DNA from: Felis catus
Lineage: Eukaryota
Assembly (NCBI RefSeq): GCF_018350175.1
Contig: NC_058368.1
Span: 196,418,001 to 196,482,000, forward strand
Direction of reading: 5' to 3'
Length of the DNA: 64,000 nucleotides
A program made the position numbers and the translations under genes. Positions within the stretch are counted from its first letter, which is position 1; each line of letters opens with the position of its first letter. Shown piece by piece: positions 1 through 11,984 of the stretch. The notes beneath the pieces are model-generated. The model was not told where the DNA came from. It worked only from the letters and a program-made list of their open reading frames with translations, and made no database searches.

Positions 1-3000
1 GGTGAGGAGACAGAAGCGGGGAGGTGCAGCAGGACCGACAGAAGCGACAGAGTAACAGTCCATGGAACTGGCACGGTTAATTCCACCCACTTGGACTTCC
101 AGAACAACGAGCGCCCAGGCCAGGCTCCAACTGAGCCGACTGCTGCTGCTTTGTTTGGGGGACCTCATAGGTACCTGAAAACACTGAAGGTCCTCTGGGT
201 CTAGAAGCAGCGTGGCAGAGTAGAGCCTGGATGACCAAGCTGCATCGCTGTGTGATTTGGGCCAGGTTGGTCATCCTCTCTGGCCTTGATGTGATCCTGA
301 GGCTTGTGGGGGGAGTCATCGTGTAGAGGTGGAGCGTTGAACCTTTACAGACAGACAGAAGTGAGGCATAGGATTGAGGGTGGCAGGTGGGAGCCCCTTC
401 CCAGGCTTCTACCCCCCCCCCCCGACCTGTAACTGTGTCCCTGCCCAGTGGACCCTGCAGTCCTCCCTGGCTCCCACCCACGCCGCAGGAGTGCACATAG
501 GCCTCAGATCGCTTGGGTTGAGGCCACACGGACCACAGTCTGCCAGGTCCAGCCGGTGTGGCCCTCACTCACGTGCCCTCCCAGCTGCTGGCAGGAGGGC
601 TCAGTCCCTGGCTCCAGATGCCTCTTGCCCCCACACACTCCCAGGCCCGAAGCTGGCTGCCTTCTCTGAGCTGAGTCATGACATCCAGGCCAGGGCCCCT
701 CCCCGGCACCCAACCCCCACCCCAGCGTTCCAGCCCAGCCCAGCCGCCTTCCGGAGCAGGGTCCCGACGGCCACAGCATGGCAGCTCTGGAAGGGGCATC
801 CAGGACAGCCCTGCCCACCCTGTGCGCACACAGGGAAGCCAAGGCTCAGAAAGGGGCAGGACTACCTTGCAGGTGGGTGACAGAGCTGGGCCGAGGACCC
901 ACATCTCCTTATTCCCCAGCCAGGGATCTGTGCCAGTTTGTCCCAGGGGACGCAGAGTGGAGAGAGGTGTATAGAAGAGAGGACGAGGCTGCAAGCCACT
1001 CACGCCGCTGTCCCGCTTCTGCCTGCAACTTAGTAAGCCATCTCCTGGGAGTCTCAGTCCCCGTTCCCTGCCTGGCTGGGACAGCGCAGGGAAAGTGACT
1101 TTGATATAAAGCTTTATGTATGGCAGGGCAGGGGGCATTCTGTGGGGACAGAGATAGTCTGAGCCCCCGGGCCGCGAGCCACCAGCCTCACATCAGAGCC
1201 AGGGACCTGAGCTTGCCTAGGTCAAAACACTGGGACCTGTCCCTGGTTCTTTCTCAGCCTCAGTTTCCTCACCTGTACAGTGGGTACAGGAAGAGGGTTG
1301 GATTGGATACATGATCCCCGAGGGCCGTGGAGCTCTGAGATTCCATGACTCTAACCCCGAGACTCCATGGCTAGGCCTCCTCCTCCCTCTGGCATCTTGT
1401 TTATTCGGAGCATCCCCGGCCCGCCCGGGACTGCCTGCCCCAACGACCCCCTCCTCCCCGCAGCGTGCCTTCCCCCCCATCCCCATCTCGCCGCTATTTG
1501 TGCCCGGCCTGTCCCCTGCCGCCAGACTGAGGGGGCCTCTGTCCACTCAGGTGCCCCCAGCCCCTCCAAACCCTAAAGCAGCTGGGTGGCAGTTCCCAGT
1601 CCTGCCCCTCTGCCCCATTCTCATCTCAGAAAATGGCATTGTGCCCCCAGGACACACACGCTCCTGGCCCCCAATATTCCAAGTCCAAAACAGGAGCGGG
1701 GGCTCATTTAAGCTACTCTCGCTCCAGCGCCCCGGCACCTATCACCAAGTCCTATGGTTTCTCGGCTAAACAAGTCGCATTGCCATCTGTCTCTCTCCAC
1801 CCTCTCGCCAGCCCAAACCAAGTAAGCGGAGAAGGTGGTGGTGTAGAGAGAGTTCAGTCTCTGCTCTGCATTCCTGGGCAAGTTCGCCAAGTACTCCCTG
1901 CCTCAGTGTCCCCATCGAAAACAGGAATCATCCTTGTATCCACCTCCCAGAGTTGGCTGAGGAGCAAGTAAAGTCGAAAGAGGCTAAGTGCTCAGAACGG
2001 CCGCTGGTACAGTAATGTAAAACACGCACTGGCTTGTGTTCAGTATCGTGGATGTGTGTTCAGGTGTGTCTGGGCCTGCGTGCACACGCTCTGTGCATAT
2101 CGTGTGCACACAGCTCTGCACACGTGCACGCTCCCATGGGCGTGTGGGAGGCATGCAGGCGGCAGTCTGTGCCGTGCGCACGTGTGCTGGGCACGGGGAG
2201 GGAGGGGAGTGTGTGCACGCGGGGCTTGCGTGGGCAGGCACATGTTGAGTGCCTGCGTGGGGGCTGGGCACACACATGGCCCGCTGCACACAGATGTGTT
2301 TCGGAGCAGCGTGCGAGTGAATGTGCAGGCGGGGGTGTGTGCGTGTGCGTCCACGCTCACCGTATGCAAGCCTCCCTCCCTGGCAGCCGCAGAGGCCCTC
2401 CTCCCTGGCCTCCCTGTGTCGTGGGAGTCTCGGGACCCCGAGGGAGGGAAGCTGCTGCTGGCGGATGTGGCCAAGAGGGACTGGATTTATTTAGATTAAG
2501 GTGGTGGGAAAGGAGTGGAGACTCAGAAGAGCCGGGAGGAGGGAAGGCTGGGCTCACGAGGGATCCCCAAGCATGCTTGCTCCCCTGGACTTGAGGTCCT
2601 TGATTCACTGTGAGGAGCTGGGCAATTACTGCATCTTGGGACTGACCTCTGTCCCCCTAACCGGGCCAAAATAAGAGGAATCGTGAGGCCTTCCTGGTCC
2701 TCAGCACTCTCCTCATGGAGAGAGGGGGGATCCCTGAGAGCCTCCTCCTTCTCTCTGTTTCAGGGGCCTCCCCAGGCAGGAGAGTACGGCAGGTCGGAGG
2801 GTGCCTGCTTCCTGACTGTGACATCCACCTTGTCCCGGGTGGCTCCTTCCTGGATTGCAGCCCTCCCCCTAAAGAAGGGGGAGTTGTCACAGGAAAGCCC
2901 CTAACCTCCACATCAGCTGCCTGGACCTCTCTGGGGTTGGCTGGAACCACAGCAGCCTCTGGGAAGCACAGAGGTCCGTCGGCATTAGGTAGATAACTGG

Positions 3001-5670
3001 GCCTGTCAGGGAGTCATCTAAAGATGGTCTGGGAGCTTAGGTCTGGTGCCACCAAACTCCACTCTGGTTCTTCCCCATCCTCCTCTGGCTTGCTGTCCAT
3101 GCCACCTCTGGGGTTTCCGTATCACCAGCTTACTTGTCTCAAAGTCCCCTGAAAGACCGTCTAACTCCTAATTGTAGAGATGGGAAAAGTAAGACCCAGA
3201 GAGGGAAACAACTTGTCAAAGTCCACACAGCATGTCTGTGACCAAATGGTCAGGGAGATTCAATCCACAGAATGAGATGGGTTATGGATTCTCACGTGAC
3301 TCCAGCCTCACTAATGTAGCCCCCTCCTTCTCATCAGCCCTCACCTCCCTAAACCACCCCAGCAGGAATAATAGTGACTAGAACCTTCTCCCTGGCCAGT
3401 CAAAAAAGCAGTTTTAGAACAGGATGGCTCTTTGAGTTGACCCATCTGAACCTCTCCCTATATTCATAGGGAAACTGAGTCCCAGAGAAGGCAGGGGACT
3501 TGCTGAGTCTCCCAGCGAGTCTGCGGTCCCTTGTGACTAGAGCCAAAATGCTCATTGCCTAAAGAGAGAACTCAGTCCAAGATCCCCGGGGCATCTATAC
3601 TCGCTCTGAGCTCTTTTGCCCAGCCTATCCTATCCCTGGCCTGATTCTGCCTTTTTGCTGTGTGACTAGGTCATGATTCTGTCCCTCTCTGGGCCACTGC
3701 CTGTTTGAGAAGGCCCCTCATGGATTAGAGTCTCAAAGACTCTAAGCTGCCCCCAGCCCGAGGCCCAGCAGGAGAGGAGCCAGGGTCAGGGGAACTGGGG
3801 GCCCAGCCGGCATGGCCCAGCCTTCCAGAGCCAGGCCGGCCCTGGTTACAGTGACCTCCCATCTCCAGGCCAGCCGACCAAATTCCTCCTTTAGAATAAT
3901 AAACAGTGTGGCCAGCCAGGGAGGCTGCGAGGGGAGGGGCAGGGAGGCTGAAATGACCCCCTCCCCCAGCCTGGGCTGCTAATGATTTTCTTTGGCTGAG
4001 ATCTCGGGCAGGAAGGGGGGAGCCAGAGGGGCACCCACCGAGGGGCAGATGGGCCTCCGTGGGGGCTGCTGGCTCTGCCACGGCCCGGCTCCCTCCTGCC
4101 GGAGGAGGCCTGGCATCCAGCTGGAGGGGCTGGGGCAGGAGGCAAGGGAGTGGGGGTGTGTGGAAGGGCTGGGCTTCGGGTCTGGGACAGTGGGGAGAGA
4201 GGAGAGGGGAGAAATGAGGGGAACCTCAGGCAAGCCAGTCTGAAGGGGCAGGAGGAGGAAGAAGGGCAGAGCAGAGCTGCTCAGGGAGCTTCGTGGGGTG
4301 CTGGGCAGAGGGGAGCCTGGGGCCCACTAGTATGTGTCAGTGCAGCCCTGTGAGTGGTAAGCTTCCTGTCATCCCTCTTTGAGAGTTAGAGACTGAGGAC
4401 ATAGGGACAGCAGTGGCACAGGAGGCAGCCGCGCCGGGGCTCGAACCGGGACCCTGGCCCTGGATTGGAGAGTAAAAGGGCCAAGATGGGGAGTGGAGTG
4501 GGGGCAAGCCAGGGTTGGCCGCAGGAGCAGGACCTGGCTGGGCAGCCCCTCAGGGAAGTCAGCAGCCCCGCAGCACCAGGAGGCTCCCTGTTGCCCGGTC
4601 ATGTGGTCACTTCTCACGTTTCTTGCTCTGTGATCTTGTCCACTTCTGGCCTCCTTCCTGTCGATGCCGTGGGCAGACCCTTGTAAGCCTGGCCACTGGT
4701 GGTTATTTGGGACCCTCAGATAGGGCTGCCAAGGGCAGGGATCGAGCAAAGACCCACCTAATGCAGTCTGTGTCTCTGTGTTCCTGCCTCTGTCTCTCGC
4801 TGCCTCCTTTGGTCTCTGTGTTTGTCTCTCTCTGCCTCTATCATTCCAGGCCTCTTTGTCTCCCTCTCGGACAAGTTCTGCTGTGTCACCCTGGACAAAC
4901 TTCTTTCCCTCTCAGAGCCTCAGTTTCCCCATCCGGACACTGGGGCTGGGAGACTTGGATTCAGTAGTCTCTAAGGACCTTCGAAGCCTTGCCGGGCAGT
5001 GGGGCCTCCCCTGGGCCCACCCCCTGGCCCCTCTCCCCTGGGCCTCCCTGTGTAGCTTGGGGCTGAGTAGAGGGGGCCAGGCACGGAGGTGCCCCCCTAC
5101 ATTCCGCAGTCCTGACTCCCCCGCTTCCCTTCCCACAGCCGCCTCCACTTCCTGTTGTGCTTGTGGAGCCTGTGGGAGTTCTCTGGGCTCTGGCTTACCC
5201 CCTCCAGCTCCCCCACGCCTTTCATCACGCTTTCCCAAATATTTGTCCTGGCAGATAAGAGCCTGGTATTGGAACTGTCACCCGGAGGACTGGCTGTTGG
5301 AGCTGGCGGGCGCTGGACGCCATCCAGCCCAAGTCCCCTCTCCCACTGTACATACAGAGAAACTAAGGCCCAGAGAGGCCTGGGTTCAGCCAAGGCCACT
5401 GGAGAGGTAGAGGCAGAGCCAAAGCAGGGTCCAGGCACCCCGAGGCCAAGCCCCGTGCAGGGGGAGGGGACTCTTGGGCATGAGTGCCCTCTTGGTAATG
5501 GGACATGAGTGGTTTTTGACTTCAGCCCCATGGACATGGAGACTGGGTGGCTGGGGCTGGGGTTTACTCTGTAGGACCCACGTGCTAAGACAGACTTTGA
5601 AATGACTCGGCTCGCCCTGAGCCCCGACCCTTGTTTAACTCTGCAGGACACCACGCAGCTCCCGAGCGCC

Positions 5671-5692
5671 ATGCCAGCTCCTGTCCTCAAAG
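5671..5692 (+). CDS. PDGFRB: PDGFRB exon 2 coding part (MPAPVLK-G); exon spans 5647-5692
   Basis: ctgcag acceptor ends 5646; ATG 5671 in gccATG context; donor aaag|gtaggt; in-frame ACG at 5653. Confidence 0.9.
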
Positions 5693-6876
5693 GTAGGTAC
5701 ACTGCAGCTTCTGAGTGTCATGCTAGCTCCTGTCGTCAAAGGGGCAGAGGGGCCCTGGGAGGGTGGTGCATGATAGCACCAGGGCCTGGGAGGCAGGGGC
5801 CCTGCCGTGCTCTTGAACCTCAATTTCCTGCCTTTCCAGTGGCTCTCAGTGGAGGCCTTTTTCTACTGCCCACTCGACTCAGAAACCTCGGTGGACCCCT
5901 GCTTGTCCAGAGCCATTAGCTCAAATCCTTTGCTCAGTCCTCCATACCCCGTGGCCCCTCACCAGCTGCCCCCACCCCACTTGCTAACAGTCACCTCCGT
6001 CTCCCACCTCTTCTGAGGACTCATTGGTATCAGCCTGGCTGGTCTGCTTCCGGTCTGGGACTCCCCTCCCCTGCCTGGATCTCTCACTGGCTGCGAGCTC
6101 CCAAGGCCTGGCTGGGCTTCTCCTAGCACACCCTTCCCTCACTGCTGCCTGTTACATGCCGTCGGTGCTCGAGGGGCTGGGCGGCCGACCAGCTAGTCAA
6201 TCAATGGTCACTGGCAATCAGTGACCAGCTGACAGCCTACCAAGGATGAAGGATGACTGACTGGCTGGCTGAGCACCCATAGGTCTGGGGGACGTGGCTT
6301 ATAGAACCTTTCCCGGAGGATATCAGCAGGGGGAGGGGAACCAATCACCTGACCGCCCCCCCCCCCCCCCGCTCACACCCCAGTTCCCTCTGGCTCCCAG
6401 CGACTGCTGAGTCTCTCCTGCCCAGTCTGACCTACTCTGAACTACTGTGCTCCACCCTCCCCGAGCAAGGCCACTTCTAGGCTTTGGATGGAACCCGGGC
6501 AGCTGGGGCAGCTGCAGGGAAGGGGCTCAGAAAGTGACCTGGGAAGTAATGCAGGAACTGGAGGCCTGGGAATTGCTTCCCGAGGATTTCCTGAGGCCTT
6601 CGGGAGAACATGCCCACAGCCTGCACACAGCATAGCTGAAGGACTCTGAGGCTTAGGATGGAGAGACACTAAGATCAGGAGGCCAGGAGGCTAGAAGGAG
6701 TCCCTGGGGACCAGGCACTGGACAAGCAGGCTTCAGAGCCACGGGTTCCAGTCTCTGTTGGATTAGGGAGGTGTGTTCTTCAAGGACTGTGCAGATATGG
6801 CCTCCTCCAGGGTCAGCCGCGGGGGGGAGGTGCTGACGCGCCTGTGCCCTGACATCCGATGCCTTTTCTCCCAAAG

Positions 6877-7200
6877 GCCAGGTGCTGTTGCTGCCCCTGC
6901 TGTTGCTGCTGGGACCACAGGCCTCCTGGGGCCTGGTCATCACACCTCCGGGGCCAGAGCTTGTCCTCAATATCTCCAGCACCTTCGTTCTGACCTGTTC
7001 GGGTGCAGCTCCGGTGGTGTGGGAACGGATGTCCCAGAAGCCCCTGCAGAAAACGGCCAAGAACCAGGATGGCACCTTCTCCAGCACACTGACACTGACC
7101 AATGTCACTGGGCTAGACACGGGAGAATACTTTTGCACCTACAAAAACTCCCTCGGGCCGGAGCCTGCTGAGCGAAAACGGCTCTACATCTTTGTGCCAG
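6877..7200 (+). CDS. PDGFRB: PDGFRB exon 3 (signal peptide core, Ig1)
   Basis: aag|[42 protein letters not shown]...YIFVP; donor gtaagg; 324 nt. Confidence 0.96.
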
Positions 7201-7722
7201 GTAAGGGCCCCCGCCTGTGTGCCCACTCCCTGACTTCTCAACTGCAGGTGTCTGGGGGAAGCTGAGAGTGCTTAGTGAACACTGTGAGGCACAGCCAGCT
7301 TAGAAATGCAGACAAATCATGGAATCCAGCCTGGCTCAGTCCAGGACTGTGTTTACTCCCACCCCTTGGTCTGGATATCTGACTCCTCCCGGCCAGCCCA
7401 CCCCATTCCTGGCTCCCAAGAACTCTTCATTCTCAGCAGGTTCCAGTATGCTCTCTTTTGGCCTCCACATCCTAACTTTCCCATTCTCCAAGCCCCAGGT
7501 ACTAGCTGCCCTTTGACTTGTGGCTTATTTTCTTTCTCACCCTGGTGCTGACCGTATCAAATGTGAAAGCTAGAAGAGACCTCTGAGAGCAGCTTTATTC
7601 TATAATGGGAAGACTGAGGGCCAGAGAAGGGAAGACACCTGCTCAAGGTCACACACAGAAATTCAGGGGATAGCCAGAAAACCAGCCACCTTGACCCTCA
7701 TTCTTGGCTCCACACCTGGCAG

Positions 7723-7989
7723 ATCCGACTATGGGCTTTCTTCCGGTCTTCCCCGAGGACCTGTTCATCTTTCTCACGGAAATATCTGAGATCACAATTC
7801 CCTGCCGAGTGACAGATCCGAGCCTGGTGGTGACACTGCACGAGAAGAAAGTGGATATTCCACTGCCCATCCCCTATGACCACCAACGTGGCTTCTCTGG
7901 TATCTTCGAGGACAAGACCTATGTCTGCAAAACCATCATCGGGGACAGGGAAGTGGATTCTGAAGCCTACTATGTCTACAGTCTCCAGG
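7723..7989 (+). CDS. PDGFRB: PDGFRB exon 4 (Ig2)
   Basis: cag|[13 protein letters not shown]...IPCRVTDP...YYVYSLQ; donor gtgagc; 267 nt. Confidence 0.97.
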
Positions 7990-8099
7990 GTGAGCCCCCT
8001 TTCTGGCCTGATGCTCAGCAGAGGCAAGTATGACCCTCCGCAGAGGTATAGCCCTTTCCAGTTTTACGAAGCGTGCAATTCCGTTTTTCACTGGATTTT

Positions 8100-8390
8100 C
8101 ACTGTAGTTTTGGAAGGCAGGTGGTGTTTCCCCATTTTACAGAGGAAAAACCTGACACTCAGAGGTTACGGGAAGTGTTAGTGGCAGGGCTGGGCTGTAC
8201 ATTGGGTCAGGCAAAGGCACAGGCCTTGGAGCCAGGTGGGTGTGAAGGCCAGCCGTGCGCTTCCCGTCTGAGTGACTTTGCACAAGGCATACAATCTCTG
8301 AGCCTACTTCTTCTTCTGTAAAATGGGGGAAATAGTGACTGCCCGCCTAGTGGGATTATTGTGAGGATTAAAGACAGAGGCTGCCTGGTG
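8100..8390. mobile_element. MIR-like SINE fragments (two, opposite orientation)
   Basis: cccattttacagaggaaaaa...actcagaggtta and tctctgagcct...ctgtaaaatggg...gtgaggattaaa are MIR-core-like; similar pieces occur near 3170, 7590, 24970, 34740, 36290, 46960, 54770, 62830. Confidence 0.65.
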
Positions 8391-8464
8391 CGTGGTTGTG
8401 CTCAATGCATGTCTCCTATACTTAGATGCCCAGAGAGGACATTGGTTTCAAGACTCTTATCCCT

Positions 8465-8590
8465 TCTAGAATGTCAGCTCCATGAGGACAGGAATTTTGT
8501 CTGTCGTGTTTACTGCTAAAGCCTCAGTGCCTAGACTAGTACTTGGCATATAGGAAATGTTTAATAAATATTTGTTGAATGAATGAATCT
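8465..8590 (+). mobile_element. L2 3' end fragment
   Basis: ctagaatgtcagctccatgaggacagg...ttaataaatatttgttgaatgaatgaat is the typical L2 terminus. Confidence 0.75.
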
Positions 8591-8681
8591 TCTACACCAG
8601 TCATCCCTTCTCTCTCTCGGAACCCCCACCCCATCCCCAAGCTGAAGTGCCGGTGGCTGGTGGTGGCCTCCTCATCCCTAA

Positions 8682-8909
<228 letters not shown>

Positions 8910-8942
8910 TGATTTGGGGGGCTTTCTCCACCTTCCCTACAG

Positions 8943-9117
8943 AGTGGGCGGCTGGTGGAGCCAGTGACTGACTTCCTCTTCAATGTACCCTCCCACATAC
9001 GCTCCATCCTGCACATCCCTAATGCCGAGCTTGGCGATTCAGGGACCTACATCTGCAATGTATCGGAGAGTGTGAATGACCATCGAGATGAAAAGTCCAT
9101 CAATGTCACTGTGGTTG
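8943..9117 (+). CDS. PDGFRB: PDGFRB exon 6 (Ig3 C-part)
   Basis: [11 protein letters not shown]...DSGTYIC...INVTVV; 175 nt. Confidence 0.97.
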
Positions 9118-9729
9118 GTGCGTGCCTTGGGCTTGGCCCCGACCCTCTTTCTGAGCCGGACCTAGACACTGTCACAGCCCCGGGGTACTGTCAGTCACAT
9201 TCAAGGACAGCTCTAGCTTCATTCAGTACCAACCAGAGCCTATTTCCGGGATAAATCCAAACCAAAACACAATGTCAGCCCCAAATCCAACTCTAATCCC
9301 AGCCTAGGCTTTCTGCCTAGCCAGAACCTCAGCCCCAACCAGATTTCTAAACCTAACTGCCATCCCAGGCCCAGGCAGCCCCATCCTCAAATTCAACCAT
9401 GTTGCAACTCACCTCAGCCGCAATCCTGAGCCAGAACACGCCCGGTGAGAACAACTCCAGTCCCAATCTCAAACCTGGCTCCCAAACCAGTATCACCCCT
9501 CAGTTTGGCCCCTGCTTCCGTCTCAGTTCCAACGTCAACCCCAGCTCCGGTAACTCCATCTCTCCTCCGGCTCCTAAAGCCTGAAGCGCCGCCCCCAGAA
9601 GGCTGGGCTCCTTTGGCGTTCAGTTGATGCCCTGCCTCCGGGAGCCCCGCCTCCAGGAGGCGCTGCCTTATTGGTAGCCGGGCATAGCCCCGCCCCCGGG
9701 GCACCGCCCCTGACAGCCGCCCCTTGCAG

Positions 9730-9922
9730 AGAGTGGCTACGTGCAGCTGCTGGGAGAGCTGGACGCCGTACAATTCGCGGAGCTGCACCGCAGCCGGACT
9801 CTGCAGGTGGTGTTCGAGGCCTACCCGCCGCCTACTGTCATGTGGCTCAAGGACAACCGCACGCTAGGCGACTCCAGCGCAGGCGAGATTGCCCTGTCCA
9901 CACGCAATGTGTCTGAGACCCG
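9730..9922 (+). CDS. PDGFRB: PDGFRB exon 7 (Ig4 N-part)
   Basis: [10 protein letters not shown]...[11 protein letters not shown]...NVSETR; 193 nt. Confidence 0.97.
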
Positions 9923-10613
9923 GTGAGCAGCAACCCACCCACCCCATTCTTGAAGTTACTCTCTGCAGCTGCCAGGCAGCCCACAGCCTTCAGCCACTGG
10001 ATAAACCTAGACCCACCTTTCCCGAGAGCCCACTATGTGCGAGGTGCCATGCCAGGCACTGGGGGGTGCTGCAGAGATCCAGATAGACTGCTCCATGCCT
10101 CCTAGAATTTCCTGTCTATGGGGGAAACAGACATTGTTCTGACGATCACCCAGATGTGTAGTTGTCCTTGTGATGGGTGGAGCCAGCAGGGAGCAGCTGA
10201 GGAGAAAAAGGCCAGAGATTAGGGAAGAGGGTGCCAGGCAGGCCACTACCACCTGTGCATGGATGGTGGCCGGGAGGCTGATGAGCAGGCTGACACCGGC
10301 ACGGTATGTTAGGATAAAGCAATGCCAGGCCTTTCTGCAAGGGGGAGATGTGGGGGGGAGGGGGAGAGGGAAAGGGTGCTCCCCCCACCCTCCTCCTCCT
10401 ACCCAACACTCCCTCTTGGCTCAGTGGAGCCAGCTTCCTGTAGGTGGGGATTCAGGAGAGTCCTGGCTTTGCTACCGATGCCTGTGGAACTTTGGGAAGC
10501 CCCTGTCCCTCCCTGGGTCTTGTTTTTCTTGTCTGTACAAGGAGGTTGGGGGGGGGGGTGGTTCCCATAAGAGTCATTCCAGCTCTGGCAGCTGGGCCTG
10601 TCTTGCTCCCCAG

Positions 10614-10729
10614 GTATGTGTCAGAACTGACATTGGTGCGGGTGAAGGTGGCTGAGGCTGGCTACTACACCATGCGGGCCTTCCACGAGGATGCAGAGGC
10701 CCAGATCTCCTTCCAGCTGCAGGTCAATG
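10614..10729 (+). CDS. PDGFRB: PDGFRB exon 8 (Ig4 C-part)
   Basis: [23 protein letters not shown]...LQVN; 116 nt. Confidence 0.97.
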
Positions 10730-11860
10730 GTGAGGGGCCCTCCACCCTGCCTCCCACCAACCCCCAACCCCCCCCCTCGCCCCCGCTTCCATCAATTCTC
10801 CCTCCCTACACTGTCCACCCACCCATAGGGGGAGCAGGAACAGGAGCAGGAGCTGAGGACTCAGGAGGCTGGCTTCTAGGCTGGGCTCCAACACTTCCAC
10901 TGCTGGATGAACTCAGTATATCCCCTCTTTGGGCCTCAAGTTATACAAGGAGGCCACTGGGCTAGACTGGTGTTTCTAAAACCTCACAGCAAATTACATA
11001 GAAGGTTAGAAGGTAAGGAGTGCTGTAGATAAAAAGAGCCTGGGTAGACAGGACTGAGAGTTCAGGGCGCATATAGCCTCATCGAGCTGGCCTCAGGGAG
11101 GCGACGTTTGCGTGAAGACTTCAAGGTGAGGCCATCAGGCAAGTGGCTGGTGGGAAAGGGCCCACCACGCTATACGAAGGCAGCAGCAACAGCAGAAAGC
11201 CTGTGTGGCTGGAACAGAGAGGGGGGGAGTGGTGGGAGGTGAGGTCAGAGCTGAGGCCTGGCAGTCGGGGGCTGGGAGGAGGGCAGACAGTACAGTCCTC
11301 TAGAGCTGCCGTATGGACCTTGGCTTTTCCTATGACGGAAATGACCAGCCACTGCAGGCTTTGGAGCAAGGGAATGACACACTGAAGACTTACTGTTTTG
11401 TCAATTGACTGTCTAAAAATAAATTTATTTTGAAAGAGAATTTAACCTCTCAATTGTAGATGGAAAATCAGCATCACATGTCATAAATAGAAAGCAACCA
11501 CTAAAATAAACTCTGAGGAAACAAAGCAATGCTATTAAATTCTAGTTCCATGCTCGCGCTTTCCCAGGGCTTTCTCTGACCCTCAGACCTGCTCTTGTCT
11601 TTGTTAAAAGGGAAGATTAGCGAGTCTCAGAGAGGTGTTAGAGACAGACTAGCACCCCACTGAGGCTTCCCCTTTGAAGTACCCAGAAGGGGAATCTGTC
11701 AGTTTTCACACGGTGATTCCTGGTATTTAATGTTCACCTGCAGCCTGAAGCTCCCTTCCCCCACCCCGGGGGGAGAGGCTGGGCCAGGTCCTTCCTGAGG
11801 GCCTTTCTCACTGTCCTTTCTGACCTCCCCACCTCCTGGCCTCCTGCCCTCTCCACACAG

Positions 11861-11984
11861 TGCCTGTCCGTGTGCTGGAGCTGAGTGAAAACCATCCTGC
11901 CAGCGGGGAGCAGACAGTCCGCTGTCGCGGCCGGGGCATGCCCCAGCCACACCTCACCTGGTCTACCTGCAGTGACCTCAAAAG
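11861..11984 (+). CDS. PDGFRB: PDGFRB exon 9 (Ig5 N-part)
   Basis: [30 protein letters not shown]...CSDLKR; 124 nt. Confidence 0.97.

Noticed and set aside
1..5646. PDGFRB promoter/exon 1, or novel genes from the 150-210 aa ORFs
   Set aside because: No clear CpG-island promoter. The ORFs are Pro/Gly/Ala-rich products of high GC, often without AUG and with no recognisable domain.
5653..5655. PDGFRB pseudogenisation through start loss
   Set aside because: An in-frame ATG lies 18 nt downstream, and all exons and catalytic motifs are intact.
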